A stretch of 64,000 nucleotides of DNA from assembly GCA_963742735.1 (NCBI GenBank), contig CAVUMN010000003.1, forward strand, positions 1-64,000, read 5' to 3'. The notes under the pieces were generated by a model. That model searched no databases and had not been told where the DNA came from. It was given only the letters and a program-made list of their open reading frames with translations. A program made the translations under genes and the position numbers. This document shows, one piece after another, positions 42,517 through 52,607 of this stretch (position 1 is its first letter; every line of letters starts with the position of its first letter). This stretch comes from an uncultured Actinomycetes bacterium (GTDB lineage: Bacteria > Actinomycetota > UBA4738 > JBBDTT01).

Positions 42517-43676
42517 GCGTCACCGCGCCACGGGGCTTCCTGGCCGCCGGGGTGTCGGCCGGCCTCCGGGCGGGCGACCGCCCCGACCTCGGCCTGCTCT
42601 TCTCGCAGACGCCGGCGTCCGCCGCGGGGCTGTTCACACGCAATACGTTGCCGGCCGCCCCCGTGGTGATCGGCCGCCGCCGGCTGGAGGCGGGGACCAC
42701 CCAGGCGGTCGTCGTCAACAGCGGACAGGCCAACGCCGGAACCGGGGACGAGGGGCTCGACGACGCCGCGGCCGTGTCCACCGCGACCGCGCTGGCCCTC
42801 GAGATCGACGTCGCCGAGGTGATCCCGTGCTCGACGGGCGTGATCGGTCCGCGGATCGACGTGGTCCGGGCCAGCGACGGGGTTCGCGCGGCCGCCGCGG
42901 CGCTGTCGCCCGACGGCGGCCCGGCGTTCGCGGAGGCCATCCTGACCACGGACCCGGGCCCGAAGCAGGTCATCGTCGACGGTGAGGGCGGGTTCGTCGT
43001 CGGCGGGTGCGCCAAGGGAGCCGGGATGATCGCCCCCGACCTCGCCACGCTGCTCGTGTTCCTGACCACCGACGCGGTGGTGTCACCGGCGACCGCGACG
43101 GCGGTGCTCCGCCGCACGGCGGCGCCGATCTGGAACGGGGTGACGGTCGACGGGTGCCAGAGCACCAACGACACCGTGCTCCTCATGGCGAACGGCGCGT
43201 CTCAGGTCGAGCCCGACCCGGGCGCGCTGGCCGAGGCCGTGGCGGTGATCTGCACCGAGCTGGCCCGCAAGGTGGTCAACGACGCCGAGGGCGCGACGAC
43301 GAGCCTGATCGTCCAGGTCGACGGCGCGGCCACCGACGCCGACGCGCGGGCCGTGGGGCGGGCGGTGGCGGGATCGCTCCTGGTCAAGACGGCGGTGTTC
43401 GGCAAGGACCCCAACCCCGGCCGGATCCTGGCCGCGGTCGGAGCGTCCGGCATCCGGCTCAAGCCCTGGGCGTTCCAGGCGAGGATCGGAGACGTCGTCG
43501 TGATCCGCGAGGGGCGCGTGCCCGCCTCGTTCGATCCCCAGGCCTGCGCGAACGCGATGAAGGAGCGCGAGGTCGTGATCCGGGTCGGCCTCGGCGAGGG
43601 ACGTGGCTCGGCGACGGCGTTCGGCTGCGACCTCGGCTACGAGTACGTCCGCATCAACGCGGAGTACACGACGTGA
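42513..43676 (+). CDS. argJ: Ornithine acetyltransferase
   Basis: NSGQANAGTG, CSTGVIG, KGAGMIAPDLAT, STNDT, YVRINAEYTT. Confidence 0.96.
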   Translation: MSVTAPRGFLAAGVSAGLRAGDRPDLGLLFSQTPASAAGLFTRNTLPAAPVVIGRRRLEAGTTQAVVVNSGQANAGTGDEGLDDAAAVSTATALALEIDVAEVIPCSTGVIGPRIDVVRASDGVRAAAAALSPDGGPAFAEAILTTDPGPKQVIVDGEGGFVVGGCAKGAGMIAPDLATLLVFLTTDAVVSPATATAVLRRTAAPIWNGVTVDGCQSTNDTVLLMANGASQVEPDPGALAEAVAVICTELARKVVNDAEGATTSLIVQVDGAATDADARAVGRAVAGSLLVKTAVFGKDPNPGRILAAVGASGIRLKPWAFQARIGDVVVIREGRVPASFDPQACANAMKEREVVIRVGLGEGRGSATAFGCDLGYEYVRINAEYTT

Positions 43677-44596
43677 CCGTGGCGCCCACGAACCCGCCCG
43701 GCGTCCGGCAGCGAACGCTGTCCAAGGCCCGCGTCCTGCTGGACGCGCTGCCGTACTTCCGGGAGCACTCGGGCGCGACGGTCGTCATCAAGGTCGGCGG
43801 CGCAGCGATGGACGCGGGGCGGCTGGCCGAGTCGTTCGCCGACGACGTCGCGCTGCTCCGCCTGGTCGGCGTCAAGCCCGTGATCGTCCACGGGGGCGGC
43901 CCCCAGATCACGGAGATGGCGGCGCGCCTGGGCATCGAGCCCTCGTTCATCGACGGGCACCGCGTGACCGACGAGGCCACCCTGCAGGTCGCGCGGATGG
44001 TCCTGCTCGGGCTGGTCGGCCAGGACCTGGTCGCCCACCTGGTCGGCCGCGGCACGCCGGCGATCGGACTGTCCGGCGGCGACGACCGCCTGCTCGTGGT
44101 ACGACCTCGGGCCGAGGAGCTCGGCCTGGTCGGCGACGTCGAGCGGGTCAACACCGGCCTGCTCACCCACCTGATGGAGCGGTGCGTCCCGGTGATCGCC
44201 TCGATCGGCACGGACGAGAGCGGCCAGCCCTACAACGTGAACGCGGACCTGGTCGCCGGCGCGGTCGCGGCCGCCCTCGGGGCCGAGAAGCTCGTCTACC
44301 TCACCGACGTCCCGGGGATCCTGGACGCCGAGGGTGAGCTCATCTCCGAGGCGAGCGTGTCGGGCGCCGAGGCCCTCCTCGCGAAGGGGGTCGCGTCCGG
44401 CGGCATGCTCCCGAAGCTCGAGAGCGCGATCGCCGCGATGCGCTCCGGCGTCCGGCGCACCCATCTGATCGACGGGGGCGTGGAGCACGCGCTGATCCTC
44501 GAGCTGTTCACGCCCGAAGGCCTGGGCACGATGCTCACCCACGACGCCGAGCCGCCGTCCTCGGCGTTCCCCGAAGCACAACGGAGCGAGCCGTGA
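43673..44596 (+). CDS. argB: Acetylglutamate kinase
   Basis: VIKVGGAAM, HGGGPQI, NVNAD, GGMLPK. Confidence 0.96.
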   Translation: MTVAPTNPPGVRQRTLSKARVLLDALPYFREHSGATVVIKVGGAAMDAGRLAESFADDVALLRLVGVKPVIVHGGGPQITEMAARLGIEPSFIDGHRVTDEATLQVARMVLLGLVGQDLVAHLVGRGTPAIGLSGGDDRLLVVRPRAEELGLVGDVERVNTGLLTHLMERCVPVIASIGTDESGQPYNVNADLVAGAVAAALGAEKLVYLTDVPGILDAEGELISEASVSGAEALLAKGVASGGMLPKLESAIAAMRSGVRRTHLIDGGVEHALILELFTPEGLGTMLTHDAEPPSSAFPEAQRSEP

Positions 44597-45750
44597 GCGT
44601 CGAGCTCCGGTCCGCGGTGATGAACACCTACAAGCGCTACCCGCTCACCCTGACCCGCGGCGAGGGGTGCCGGGTGTGGGACGACGCCGGCCGCGCGTAC
44701 CTCGACTTCGCCGCCGGGATCGCGGCCGTTCCCCTCGGACACGGCCATCCGGCGTGGGTGAAGGCGGTCACGGCGCAGGCCGGCGAGCTCGTCCACGTCT
44801 CGAACCTGTTCACGACCGCGCCGCAGGAGGCCCTCGCCGCGCGCCTCACCGGCCTGGCCGGGTTCGGCCTGGCCTTCTTCGCGAACTCCGGGGCCGAGGC
44901 CAACGAGGCGGCGTTGAAGGTGGCGCGCAAGGCGGGGGCCCCGGCCGGACGGCTCGAGGTCGTCGCGCTCCAGGGCTCGTTCCACGGGCGGTCCTTCGCC
45001 ACGCTGGCCGCCACCGGGCAGCCGGCGAAGCACGCCCCGTTCGCGCCGCTGCCCGAGGGCTACGTCCACGTGCCCCCGAACGACGTCGCCGCCCTCGACG
45101 CCGCGGTGGGCGAGGGGACGGCCGCGGTGTTGCTCGAGCCGGTGCTGGGCGAGGGCGGGGTCATCCCGCTCGACCGGGCGTTCCTGGCCGCGGCCCGGGC
45201 CCTGTGCACCGAGCGCGGCGCGCTGTTGATGTTCGACGAGGTCCAGACCGGCGTCGGCCGGTGCGGCGAGTGGTTCGCCTTCCAGGGGCTGGGCGTGGAG
45301 CCCGACGTCTTCACGCTGGCCAAGGGGCTGGGCAACGGCCTGCCGGTGGCCGCGGCCATCGCGCGAGAGGAGGTGGCCTTCGGCCCGGGCGACCACGCCT
45401 CGACGTTCGGCGGCGGGCCGGTCGTCTGCGCCGGGGCGCTCGCGGTGCTCGAGGCGATCGAGGCCGAGGGGCTGCTCGAGAACGCCCGGGCCCGGGGCGA
45501 GCAGCTGCGCGCCGCGCTCCGAGCCCTGCCGGGTGTGACCGCGGTGCGAGGGATGGGCTTGCTGCTCGGGGTGGCCCTCACGGGACCGCGCGCGAACGAC
45601 GTCGTCAACGCGCTGATCGGGCGGGGGGCGCTGGCCACCGAGGCGGGCCCGGACGTGGTCCGCGTGACGCCGCCGCTGGTGGTGACCGACGCCGAGGTCG
45701 CCGCGTTCGCCGAGGCCCTCGGCGGCGCGCTCGAGGAGACGTTCGGATGA
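44593..45750 (+). CDS. argD: Acetylornithine aminotransferase
   Basis: NSGAEANE, SFHGRS, DEVQTGVGR, TLAKGLG, HASTFGG. Confidence 0.95.
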   Translation: MSVELRSAVMNTYKRYPLTLTRGEGCRVWDDAGRAYLDFAAGIAAVPLGHGHPAWVKAVTAQAGELVHVSNLFTTAPQEALAARLTGLAGFGLAFFANSGAEANEAALKVARKAGAPAGRLEVVALQGSFHGRSFATLAATGQPAKHAPFAPLPEGYVHVPPNDVAALDAAVGEGTAAVLLEPVLGEGGVIPLDRAFLAAARALCTERGALLMFDEVQTGVGRCGEWFAFQGLGVEPDVFTLAKGLGNGLPVAAAIAREEVAFGPGDHASTFGGGPVVCAGALAVLEAIEAEGLLENARARGEQLRAALRALPGVTAVRGMGLLLGVALTGPRANDVVNALIGRGALATEAGPDVVRVTPPLVVTDAEVAAFAEALGGALEETFG

Positions 45751-46205
45751 AGCGCCAGCGCCAGCAGGCGCTCCTGGACCTGGTTCGCCGGGAGCCGCTC
45801 GGCAGCCAGCAGGAGATCCGCGACCGGCTGGCCGCAGCCGGCCACGCCGCGACCCAGTCCACCATCTCTCGAGACCTCGAGGAGCTCGGGCTGGTCCGCG
45901 TCCGCGACGGCGAGGGCCACCTTCGCTACGCCGATCCGAACGACGTCCCGGCGCCTCGGTCCGACCGCCACCTGCGGGCGGTGCTGTCGGAGTTCGTGAG
46001 CGGCGTGGAGTCCTCCGGGAACCTGGCCGTCGTGTGGACGCCGCCGGGCGCCGCGAACGCGGTCGCCGAGGTCCTCGACCACTCGACCCTGCCCGGCGTC
46101 CTGGCCACGGTGGCCGGCGACAACACGATCCTGGTCGTCGTCCGGGAGCAGGCCAGCGCGCGAACGGTGGCGGCGCGCCTCCGCGAGATGGCGGGGTTGT
46201 CGTGA
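45747..46205 (+). CDS. argR: Arginine repressor
   Basis: SQQEI, TQSTISRDLEELG, TPPGAA, TVAGDNT. Confidence 0.96.
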   Translation: MKRQRQQALLDLVRREPLGSQQEIRDRLAAAGHAATQSTISRDLEELGLVRVRDGEGHLRYADPNDVPAPRSDRHLRAVLSEFVSGVESSGNLAVVWTPPGAANAVAEVLDHSTLPGVLATVAGDNTILVVVREQASARTVAARLREMAGLS

Positions 46206-48943
46206 GTCCGAAGGTCGCGCTCGCGTACTCGGGCGGCCTGGACACCAGCGTGTCCGCGCGGTGGCTGGCCGAGGAGCGCGGGTACGAGGTCCTCGCGGTG
46301 CTGGTCGACGTCGGCCAGCCGATCGACCACGCCGCGGTCCGGGCGCGTGCGGCGGCCGCCGGCGCGGAGCTGCTCGTCGCCGAGGCTCGCGAGGAATACG
46401 TCACGCGGTTCTGCTGGCCGGCGCTGCAGGCCAACGCGTTGTACGAGGGCCGGTACCCGCTGGTGTCCTCGCTGGCCCGCCCGCTGATCGCCGAGAAGGT
46501 CGTCGCGGCGGCCCGCGAGGCCGGCGCGCAGGCGGTGGCGCACGGCTGCACCGGCAAGGGCAACGACCAGGTCCGCTTCGAGACCTCGTTCGCCGCCCTC
46601 GCCCCGGACCTGGAGGTGATCGCCCCCGTCCGCGACGTGGTCATGTCGCGGGACGAGGCCCGCGAGCGCGCCGCGGCGTGGGGGATCCCGCTGTCGGCCG
46701 AGGCCAAGATCTACTCGGTCGACGAGAACGTGTGGGGGCGGACCATCGAGTGCGGCCTGCTCGAGGACCCGTGGGCCGAGCCCCCGGCCGACGCGTTCGC
46801 GTGGACCGCCGACCCGGTCTCGGCGCCGTCCGCGCCCCAGGACGTGGTCGTCACCTTCGACGGCGGCGTCGCCGTCGCCCTGGACGGGCTCCGGCTCGAC
46901 CCGGTGCACCTGGTCCGCCAGATCGGCGAGACGGCCGGGCGGCACGGGTTCGGGCGCGTCGACATGGTCGAGAACCGGCTGGTGGGCATCAAGTCGCGCG
47001 AGCTGTACGAGGTCCCCGCGGCGCTGGCCCTCATCGCCGCCCACCAGGACCTGGAGGCGCTCACGCTCGAGCGCGAGGTCGCCCACGAGAAGGCCGGGCT
47101 CGAGCGCCGGTGGGCCGAGCTGGCCTACTACGGCCAGTGGCACGGCCCCCTGCACGCCTCGCTGCGGGCGTTCATGGAGTCGACCCAGGGCTCCGTGACC
47201 GGCGACGTGAAGCTGCGGTTCCACAAGGGCTCGTGCCGGGTCGTCGGCCGCCGTTCGGATCGCGCGCTGTACGACTACGGGCTGGCGACCTACGAGGCCG
47301 GCGCGGACCGCTTCGACCACAAGCATGCCGAGGGGTTCGTGCGCCTCTGGTCCCTTCCTCTGAGGACGTGGGCCGCCGTGAACCGCGTCCCCCTTCCCGA
47401 GTCACCACCGCCAGCTACTGACGGCAACGGGAAGGTCGCCATGCCCGATTCGCCTCGGGGGGTCCGCCCGCCGTCTGGAACGGACTCCGGCACATCCCAG
47501 GGCGGGCTACCCCCCCGAACCCCCCTCTGGGCCGGGCGGTTTGCGGCCGGCGGTCCATCCGAGGGCACGCTCGCCTTTTCCCGTTCGATCGGGTTCGACA
47601 TGCGGCTTGCGCCGTACGACGTGAAGGCGACGACGGCCCACGCGGAGGCGCTGCGGGAGGCGGGCGTCTTGAGCGACGACGAGACCGTCGCGATCACCGG
47701 CGCGCTGAAAGCCGTGGGCGCCGAGATCGCCGAGGGCAGCTTCGTCCTCGCCGACCACGACGAGGACGTGCACATGGCGATCGAGCGTGCGCTGATCGAG
47801 CGGCTCGGCGAGACGGGCGCGAAGATCCATGCGGCCCGCAGCCGCAACGACCTGGTGGCCACCGACTTCCGGCTGTGGACGATCGACGCGGCCCGCGCCC
47901 TCGCGTCGGCGGCCGCCGGGCTGGCGGAGGCCCTCGCCGAGCGCGGGGAGGAGCACCCGGACGCGATCCTCCCCGGATACACCCACCTCCAGCGGGCCCA
48001 GCCCGTCCTGCTCGCGCACCACCTGCTGGCCCACGCGTTCCCGCTCGTCCGGGACGCCGAGCGGCTGCTCCGGGCCGCGGAGACCGCGGCGGTCAGTCCG
48101 CTGGGCGCCGGGGCGCTCGCGGGATCGACCATCGAGCTGGCGACCGGCGCGACCGCGCGCCGTCTGGGCATGCCGGGGGCGTTCGACAACTCGATCGACG
48201 CGGTCTCGGACCGCGACTTCGCCCTGGAGTTCCTGGGGGCCGGGACCATCCTGGCCGTGCACCTGTCGCGGCTGGCCGAGGACCTGGTGCTGTGGGCGAC
48301 CGAGGAGTTCGGGTTCGCCCGGCCCGCGGACGCCGACGCGACGGGGTCGAGCATGATGCCCCAGAAGCGGAACCCCGACGTGGCCGAGCTCGTGCGGGGC
48401 AAGGCCGGCCGCGTCCTCGGGGCCCTCGTGTCCCTGGCCACGGCGATGAAGGGCCTCCCGCTGGCCTACGACCGCGACCTCCAGGAGGACAAGGAGCCGG
48501 CGTTCGACGCGTACGACACCCTCTCCGGCGGGCTGGAGGCCCTCGCGGCGATGGTCCGAGGGCTCACGTTCGACACCGAGCGCATGGCCGCGGCCGCGTC
48601 CGGCGGCTTCCTGCTGGCCACCGACCTCGCCGAGCATCTGGTGTCGAAGGGCATGCCCTTCCGCGACGCGCACCACCTGACCGGCACGATCGTGGCGGAG
48701 CTCGAGGCGACGGACCGGGCGTTCGACGACGTCGGCCCGGACGAGTGGGCCGGCTGGTCGCCGCTGCTCGGGCCCGAGGTGGCCGAGCTCCTGACGCCGG
48801 AGCGGGCCGTGCGCCGGCGGACCACGCCGGGTGGCACCTCGCCCGAGTCGGTGGCCGGGCAGCTCGTGGCGCTGCGGGCGCGGCTCGGCGACGTGCGCGA
48901 GCGGGCCGGCGAAGCGGGCACCTACACTGTGCCCCTTCGATGA
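46202..48943 (+). CDS. argG-argH: Argininosuccinate synthase and argininosuccinate lyase in one reading frame (argH part has its own ATG at 47441)
   Basis: [29 protein letters not shown]; then [34 protein letters not shown]. Confidence 0.9.
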   Translation: MSPKVALAYSGGLDTSVSARWLAEERGYEVLAVLVDVGQPIDHAAVRARAAAAGAELLVAEAREEYVTRFCWPALQANALYEGRYPLVSSLARPLIAEKVVAAAREAGAQAVAHGCTGKGNDQVRFETSFAALAPDLEVIAPVRDVVMSRDEARERAAAWGIPLSAEAKIYSVDENVWGRTIECGLLEDPWAEPPADAFAWTADPVSAPSAPQDVVVTFDGGVAVALDGLRLDPVHLVRQIGETAGRHGFGRVDMVENRLVGIKSRELYEVPAALALIAAHQDLEALTLEREVAHEKAGLERRWAELAYYGQWHGPLHASLRAFMESTQGSVTGDVKLRFHKGSCRVVGRRSDRALYDYGLATYEAGADRFDHKHAEGFVRLWSLPLRTWAAVNRVPLPESPPPATDGNGKVAMPDSPRGVRPPSGTDSGTSQGGLPPRTPLWAGRFAAGGPSEGTLAFSRSIGFDMRLAPYDVKATTAHAEALREAGVLSDDETVAITGALKAVGAEIAEGSFVLADHDEDVHMAIERALIERLGETGAKIHAARSRNDLVATDFRLWTIDAARALASAAAGLAEALAERGEEHPDAILPGYTHLQRAQPVLLAHHLLAHAFPLVRDAERLLRAAETAAVSPLGAGALAGSTIELATGATARRLGMPGAFDNSIDAVSDRDFALEFLGAGTILAVHLSRLAEDLVLWATEEFGFARPADADATGSSMMPQKRNPDVAELVRGKAGRVLGALVSLATAMKGLPLAYDRDLQEDKEPAFDAYDTLSGGLEALAAMVRGLTFDTERMAAAASGGFLLATDLAEHLVSKGMPFRDAHHLTGTIVAELEATDRAFDDVGPDEWAGWSPLLGPEVAELLTPERAVRRRTTPGGTSPESVAGQLVALRARLGDVRERAGEAGTYTVPLR
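47457..47525 (+). repeat. 69-bp structured dispersed repeat, copy 1 (in argH N-terminus)
   Basis: 58/69 gap-free identity to the reverse complement of 60490-60558 (manual alignment). Confidence 0.88.
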
Positions 48944-50607
48944 CCGAGGACCTCCAGCACCGCAGCCGCGACGTCGTCACCCGGCCCCCGTCCCGGGCGA
49001 TGCTCCGCGCGGTCGGGTTCACCGACGAGGACTTCGGGCGCCCCCAGATCGGCGTCGCCTCGTCGTGGAACGAGGTCACCCCCTGCAACTACCACCTGGA
49101 CCGCCTGGCCGATGTCGCGAAGGAGGGCGCGCGGGAGGCCGGCGGCGTCCCGATCGAGTTCACGACGATCGCCGTCAGCGACGGCATCTCGATGGGGACC
49201 GAGGGGATGCGCGCGTCCTTGGTGTCCCGCGAGGTCATCGCGGACTCCGTCGAGCTCGTGATGCACGCCGAGCGCCTGGACGCCATGGTCACCATCGCCG
49301 GCTGCGACAAGAGCCTTCCGGGCATGGTCATGGCCGCCGCCCGCCTGGACCTGCCCACGGTCTTCGTCTACGGAGGCTCGATCCTTCCCGGCCATGTCCG
49401 GGGCCGGGACATCAACATCCAGGACGTCTTCGAGGCGGTCGGAGCGAACGCCGCCGGGCAGATGAGCGACGAGGAGCTCGACGAGATCGAGCGCAATGCG
49501 TGTCCCGGCCCGGGGTCGTGCGCGGGGATGTTCACCGCGAACACGATGGCGGCCGCGGTCGAAGCCCTGGGGATGTCGCTGCCCGGCAGCGCGTCCCCGC
49601 CGGCCGTCGACCCGCGCCGGGACGACTTCGCGCGCGCCAGCGGTGTGGCGGCGGTCCGCGCGCTGGAGGCGGGCGTCCGTCCGCGCCAGGTGATCACCCG
49701 TGACGCGCTGGAGAACGCGATCGCCGTGGTCATGGCGCTGGGGGGATCGACCAACGCGGTCCTGCACCTGCTGGCGATCGCCGTCGAGGCGGAGGCCGAG
49801 CTCGACATCGACGACTTCGACCGCATCGGCCGCCGCGTCCCGCACTTCGGCGACCTCCGCCCCTCCGGCCGTTTCGTAATGGCCGACCTGGACCGCGTCG
49901 GCGGCGTTCCGGTGGTCATGAAGGTCCTCCTGGACGCCGGGCTCCTGCACGGCGACGCCCTCACGGTGACCGGCAAGACGGTGGCGGAGAACCTGGCCGA
50001 GCTCGACCCCCCGGCACCCGACGGGGACGTCGTGCGCCCGTTCGACCAGCCGATCCACGCCGACGGCGGCCTGGCCATCTTCAAGGGCTCGCTGGCGCCG
50101 GAGGGCGCGGTCGGCAAGATCTCCGGCATGGACGGGACGACCTTCCGCGGCCGCGCCCGGGTGTTCGATCTCGAGGAGGATGCCTTCGACGCGGTGACCC
50201 ACGGCCGGATCGTGGCCGGCGACGTGATCGTCATCCGCCACGAGGGGCCGAAGGGCGGGCCGGGGATGCGCGAGATGCTCGCGGTGACGGCGGCGGTCGT
50301 CGGAGCGGGCCTGGGCCGCGACGTCGCGCTGGTCACCGACGGCCGATTCTCGGGGGCCACCCGCGGCTTCGCGATCGGCCACGTCGCGCCCGAGGCGGCG
50401 GTCGGCGGGCCGATCGCGCTGGTGGAGGAGGGCGATTCGATCGTCCTCGACGTCGACGGCCGCCGCCTCGACCTGGAAGTCGCCGACGAGGAGCTCGAAC
50501 GTCGCCGGGCCGGATGGAAGGCCCCCCAGCCGCGCTACACCCACGGCGCGCTGGCGAAGTACGCGCGGCTGGTCAGCAGCGCCTCCCGCGGCGCCGTCTG
50601 CGGCTAG
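48940..50607 (+). CDS. ilvD: Dihydroxy-acid dehydratase
   Basis: [52 protein letters not shown]. Confidence 0.97.
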   Translation: MTEDLQHRSRDVVTRPPSRAMLRAVGFTDEDFGRPQIGVASSWNEVTPCNYHLDRLADVAKEGAREAGGVPIEFTTIAVSDGISMGTEGMRASLVSREVIADSVELVMHAERLDAMVTIAGCDKSLPGMVMAAARLDLPTVFVYGGSILPGHVRGRDINIQDVFEAVGANAAGQMSDEELDEIERNACPGPGSCAGMFTANTMAAAVEALGMSLPGSASPPAVDPRRDDFARASGVAAVRALEAGVRPRQVITRDALENAIAVVMALGGSTNAVLHLLAIAVEAEAELDIDDFDRIGRRVPHFGDLRPSGRFVMADLDRVGGVPVVMKVLLDAGLLHGDALTVTGKTVAENLAELDPPAPDGDVVRPFDQPIHADGGLAIFKGSLAPEGAVGKISGMDGTTFRGRARVFDLEEDAFDAVTHGRIVAGDVIVIRHEGPKGGPGMREMLAVTAAVVGAGLGRDVALVTDGRFSGATRGFAIGHVAPEAAVGGPIALVEEGDSIVLDVDGRRLDLEVADEELERRRAGWKAPQPRYTHGALAKYARLVSSASRGAVCG

Positions 50608-50654
50608 GCGAAACCGGGCAGGAGCCCGCCCCCCGCGCAGAGAATTCCACACAA

Positions 50655-52091
50655 ATGCGCCCCCAGCCCGCCCCGTCGCGTCCCGGCGACGCCCGCCGCC
50701 CCTTCTCCGGAGGCGGCCTCGTCGCGCGCTTCGCGCTGGTGTCCCTGGTCGTGTTCCTGCTCGTCGGCGGGTCCCTGCACCTGTTGATCTCCGGGCAGCT
50801 CAAGGACCGAGCCGAGGCCTCCGCCACCCAGCATGCCGTGGTGCTCACGCGGGCAGTCCTCGAGGACATCCTGGAGCCCTCCGACGTGGATGCGCCGCTG
50901 CGCGGGGAGCGGTACGAGGAGGTGCTTCGCGGGGTCCTCACGCGGGTCGTGATCGGCGACGCCCTGCGCCTCAAGGTGTGGCGGCCCGACGGCACCGTGG
51001 TGTTCTCCGACGAGATTCGGCTCGTCGGCCGGCGATTCCCCGAGGAGGCCCCCGAGCTCGCCACGGTCCTCCGGGACGGGCCTGTCGGCGAGGTCAGCGA
51101 CCTGCTGGCAGCGGAAAACGTCTACGAGCGCGGCCTGGCGGAGCGGATGCTGGCCACCTACGTGCCCCTGCGCCTGGGGACGGCGTCCGAGCCGGTCGCG
51201 GTCGCGGAGCTGTATCAGGACTACGGACCCACGGCCGCGGAGACCTCCGCCTCCCTGGCCCAGATGGACGTGATCGTGGGCAGCGGGTTCCTGCTCCTCT
51301 ACCTGGTGCTGCTGCCGATCGCCCGCAACGCTGGAACGACGCTCGTCCACCAGACGCAGGGCCTGGCCCAGCAGCGCGACGAGCTGGAGACGCTCGTCAG
51401 GGAGCGAGGCGAGCTGCTTCGCCGGCTGGTCCGCGCCCAGGAGGACGAACGGACCCGGATCGCCGGCGACATCCACGACGACTCGATCCAGGCGGTGACC
51501 GAGGTGGCCTGGCGGCTCGAGGGCGTGCGCCGCCGCATCCACGACCCGGAGGGGCTGGCGCGCCTGGAGGGGGTGGACGACGCCATCCGGGGCACGCTCG
51601 GCCGTATGCGGAACCTGCTGTTCGAGCTGCGCCCGCCCTCGCTCGAGGAGTCGGGGCTGAGCGCCGCCTTCGTCACCTACCTGACGCGCGCCGCCGCCCA
51701 CGAGGGGTTCGAGTACTCGATCGACAGCCGGCTGGCGAGCGAGCCGCCGCTGGAGACCCGGACGATCGCGTACCGGATCGGTCAGGAGGCCCTGGCGAAC
51801 GTGCGAAAGCACGCCAAGGCGACGCGGGTCGAGGTGATCCTCGACGAGGTCGACGGGGGCCTGCGCATGCTCGTGCGGGACGACGGCGTGGGGATGCCGG
51901 CGGAGGTCCCGGACCGGCCCGACCACTTCGGCCTGATGAGCATGCGCGAACGGGCCACCATGGTCGGTGGGTGGTGTCGCGTGGGCGGCGCCCCCGGCCA
52001 GGGGACGACCTGCGAGGTCTGGCTGCCGCTCGAGGCCGGCCCCCGCCCGGAGGAGACGCCCGCCGACCCACGGCCGGCATCGGAGATCTAG
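50655..52091 (+). CDS. Membrane sensor histidine kinase (HisKA_3/NarX-like); no adjacent response regulator
   Basis: 2 TM; ERTRIAGDIHDDSIQ, ELRPPSL, QEALANVRKHA, DDGVG, GLMSMRERA. Confidence 0.92.
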   Translation: MRPQPAPSRPGDARRPFSGGGLVARFALVSLVVFLLVGGSLHLLISGQLKDRAEASATQHAVVLTRAVLEDILEPSDVDAPLRGERYEEVLRGVLTRVVIGDALRLKVWRPDGTVVFSDEIRLVGRRFPEEAPELATVLRDGPVGEVSDLLAAENVYERGLAERMLATYVPLRLGTASEPVAVAELYQDYGPTAAETSASLAQMDVIVGSGFLLLYLVLLPIARNAGTTLVHQTQGLAQQRDELETLVRERGELLRRLVRAQEDERTRIAGDIHDDSIQAVTEVAWRLEGVRRRIHDPEGLARLEGVDDAIRGTLGRMRNLLFELRPPSLEESGLSAAFVTYLTRAAAHEGFEYSIDSRLASEPPLETRTIAYRIGQEALANVRKHAKATRVEVILDEVDGGLRMLVRDDGVGMPAEVPDRPDHFGLMSMRERATMVGGWCRVGGAPGQGTTCEVWLPLEAGPRPEETPADPRPASEI

Positions 52092-52600
52092 CCCAGCGCC
52101 CGTTCGAACGCGGCGTACGCGTCCTCCCCGAACAGCGTGAACCGAACGGTCTCGACCCCCGTCGCGGCGTCGCGCACCGCCGACACCGCCACCGGCGCGG
52201 CGAGGTCCAGCGGGTAGCCGTACACGCCGGTCGAGATCGCGGGGAACGCCACCGTCCGCGCGCCCACCTCGTCGGCGATGCGCAGCGCGTTCGTGTGGCA
52301 CGCGGCGAGCAAGCCCGAGCGGTCCTCGGACGTCGCGAACACCGGGCCGACCGTGTGGATCACCCAGCGGGCGGGCAGGCGCCCGGCGGTGGTCGCCACG
52401 GCGTCGCCGGTCGGAAGCCCGCCCGGATAGCGCTCCTCGCGAAGCCGCCGGCACTCGGCCAGGATCTCCGGCCCGCCGCGGCGGTGGATCGCCCCGTCGA
52501 CGCCGCCCCCGCCGAGCAGAGACCGGTTGGCGGCGTTCACGATCGCGTCGACGTCCTGTTCGGTGAGGTCTCCCCGGACGAGCTCGATCTCCGGGGCCAC
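52088..52600 (-). CDS. Macrodomain O-acetyl-ADP-ribose deacetylase (YmdB-like)
   Basis: GDLT, IVNAAN, GGGGVDGAIH, HTVGP, AFPAISTGVYGYP. Confidence 0.95.
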   Translation of the reverse strand: MAPEIELVRGDLTEQDVDAIVNAANRSLLGGGGVDGAIHRRGGPEILAECRRLREERYPGGLPTGDAVATTAGRLPARWVIHTVGPVFATSEDRSGLLAACHTNALRIADEVGARTVAFPAISTGVYGYPLDLAAPVAVSAVRDAATGVETVRFTLFGEDAYAAFERALG

Positions 52601-52607
52601 CGCCGGG

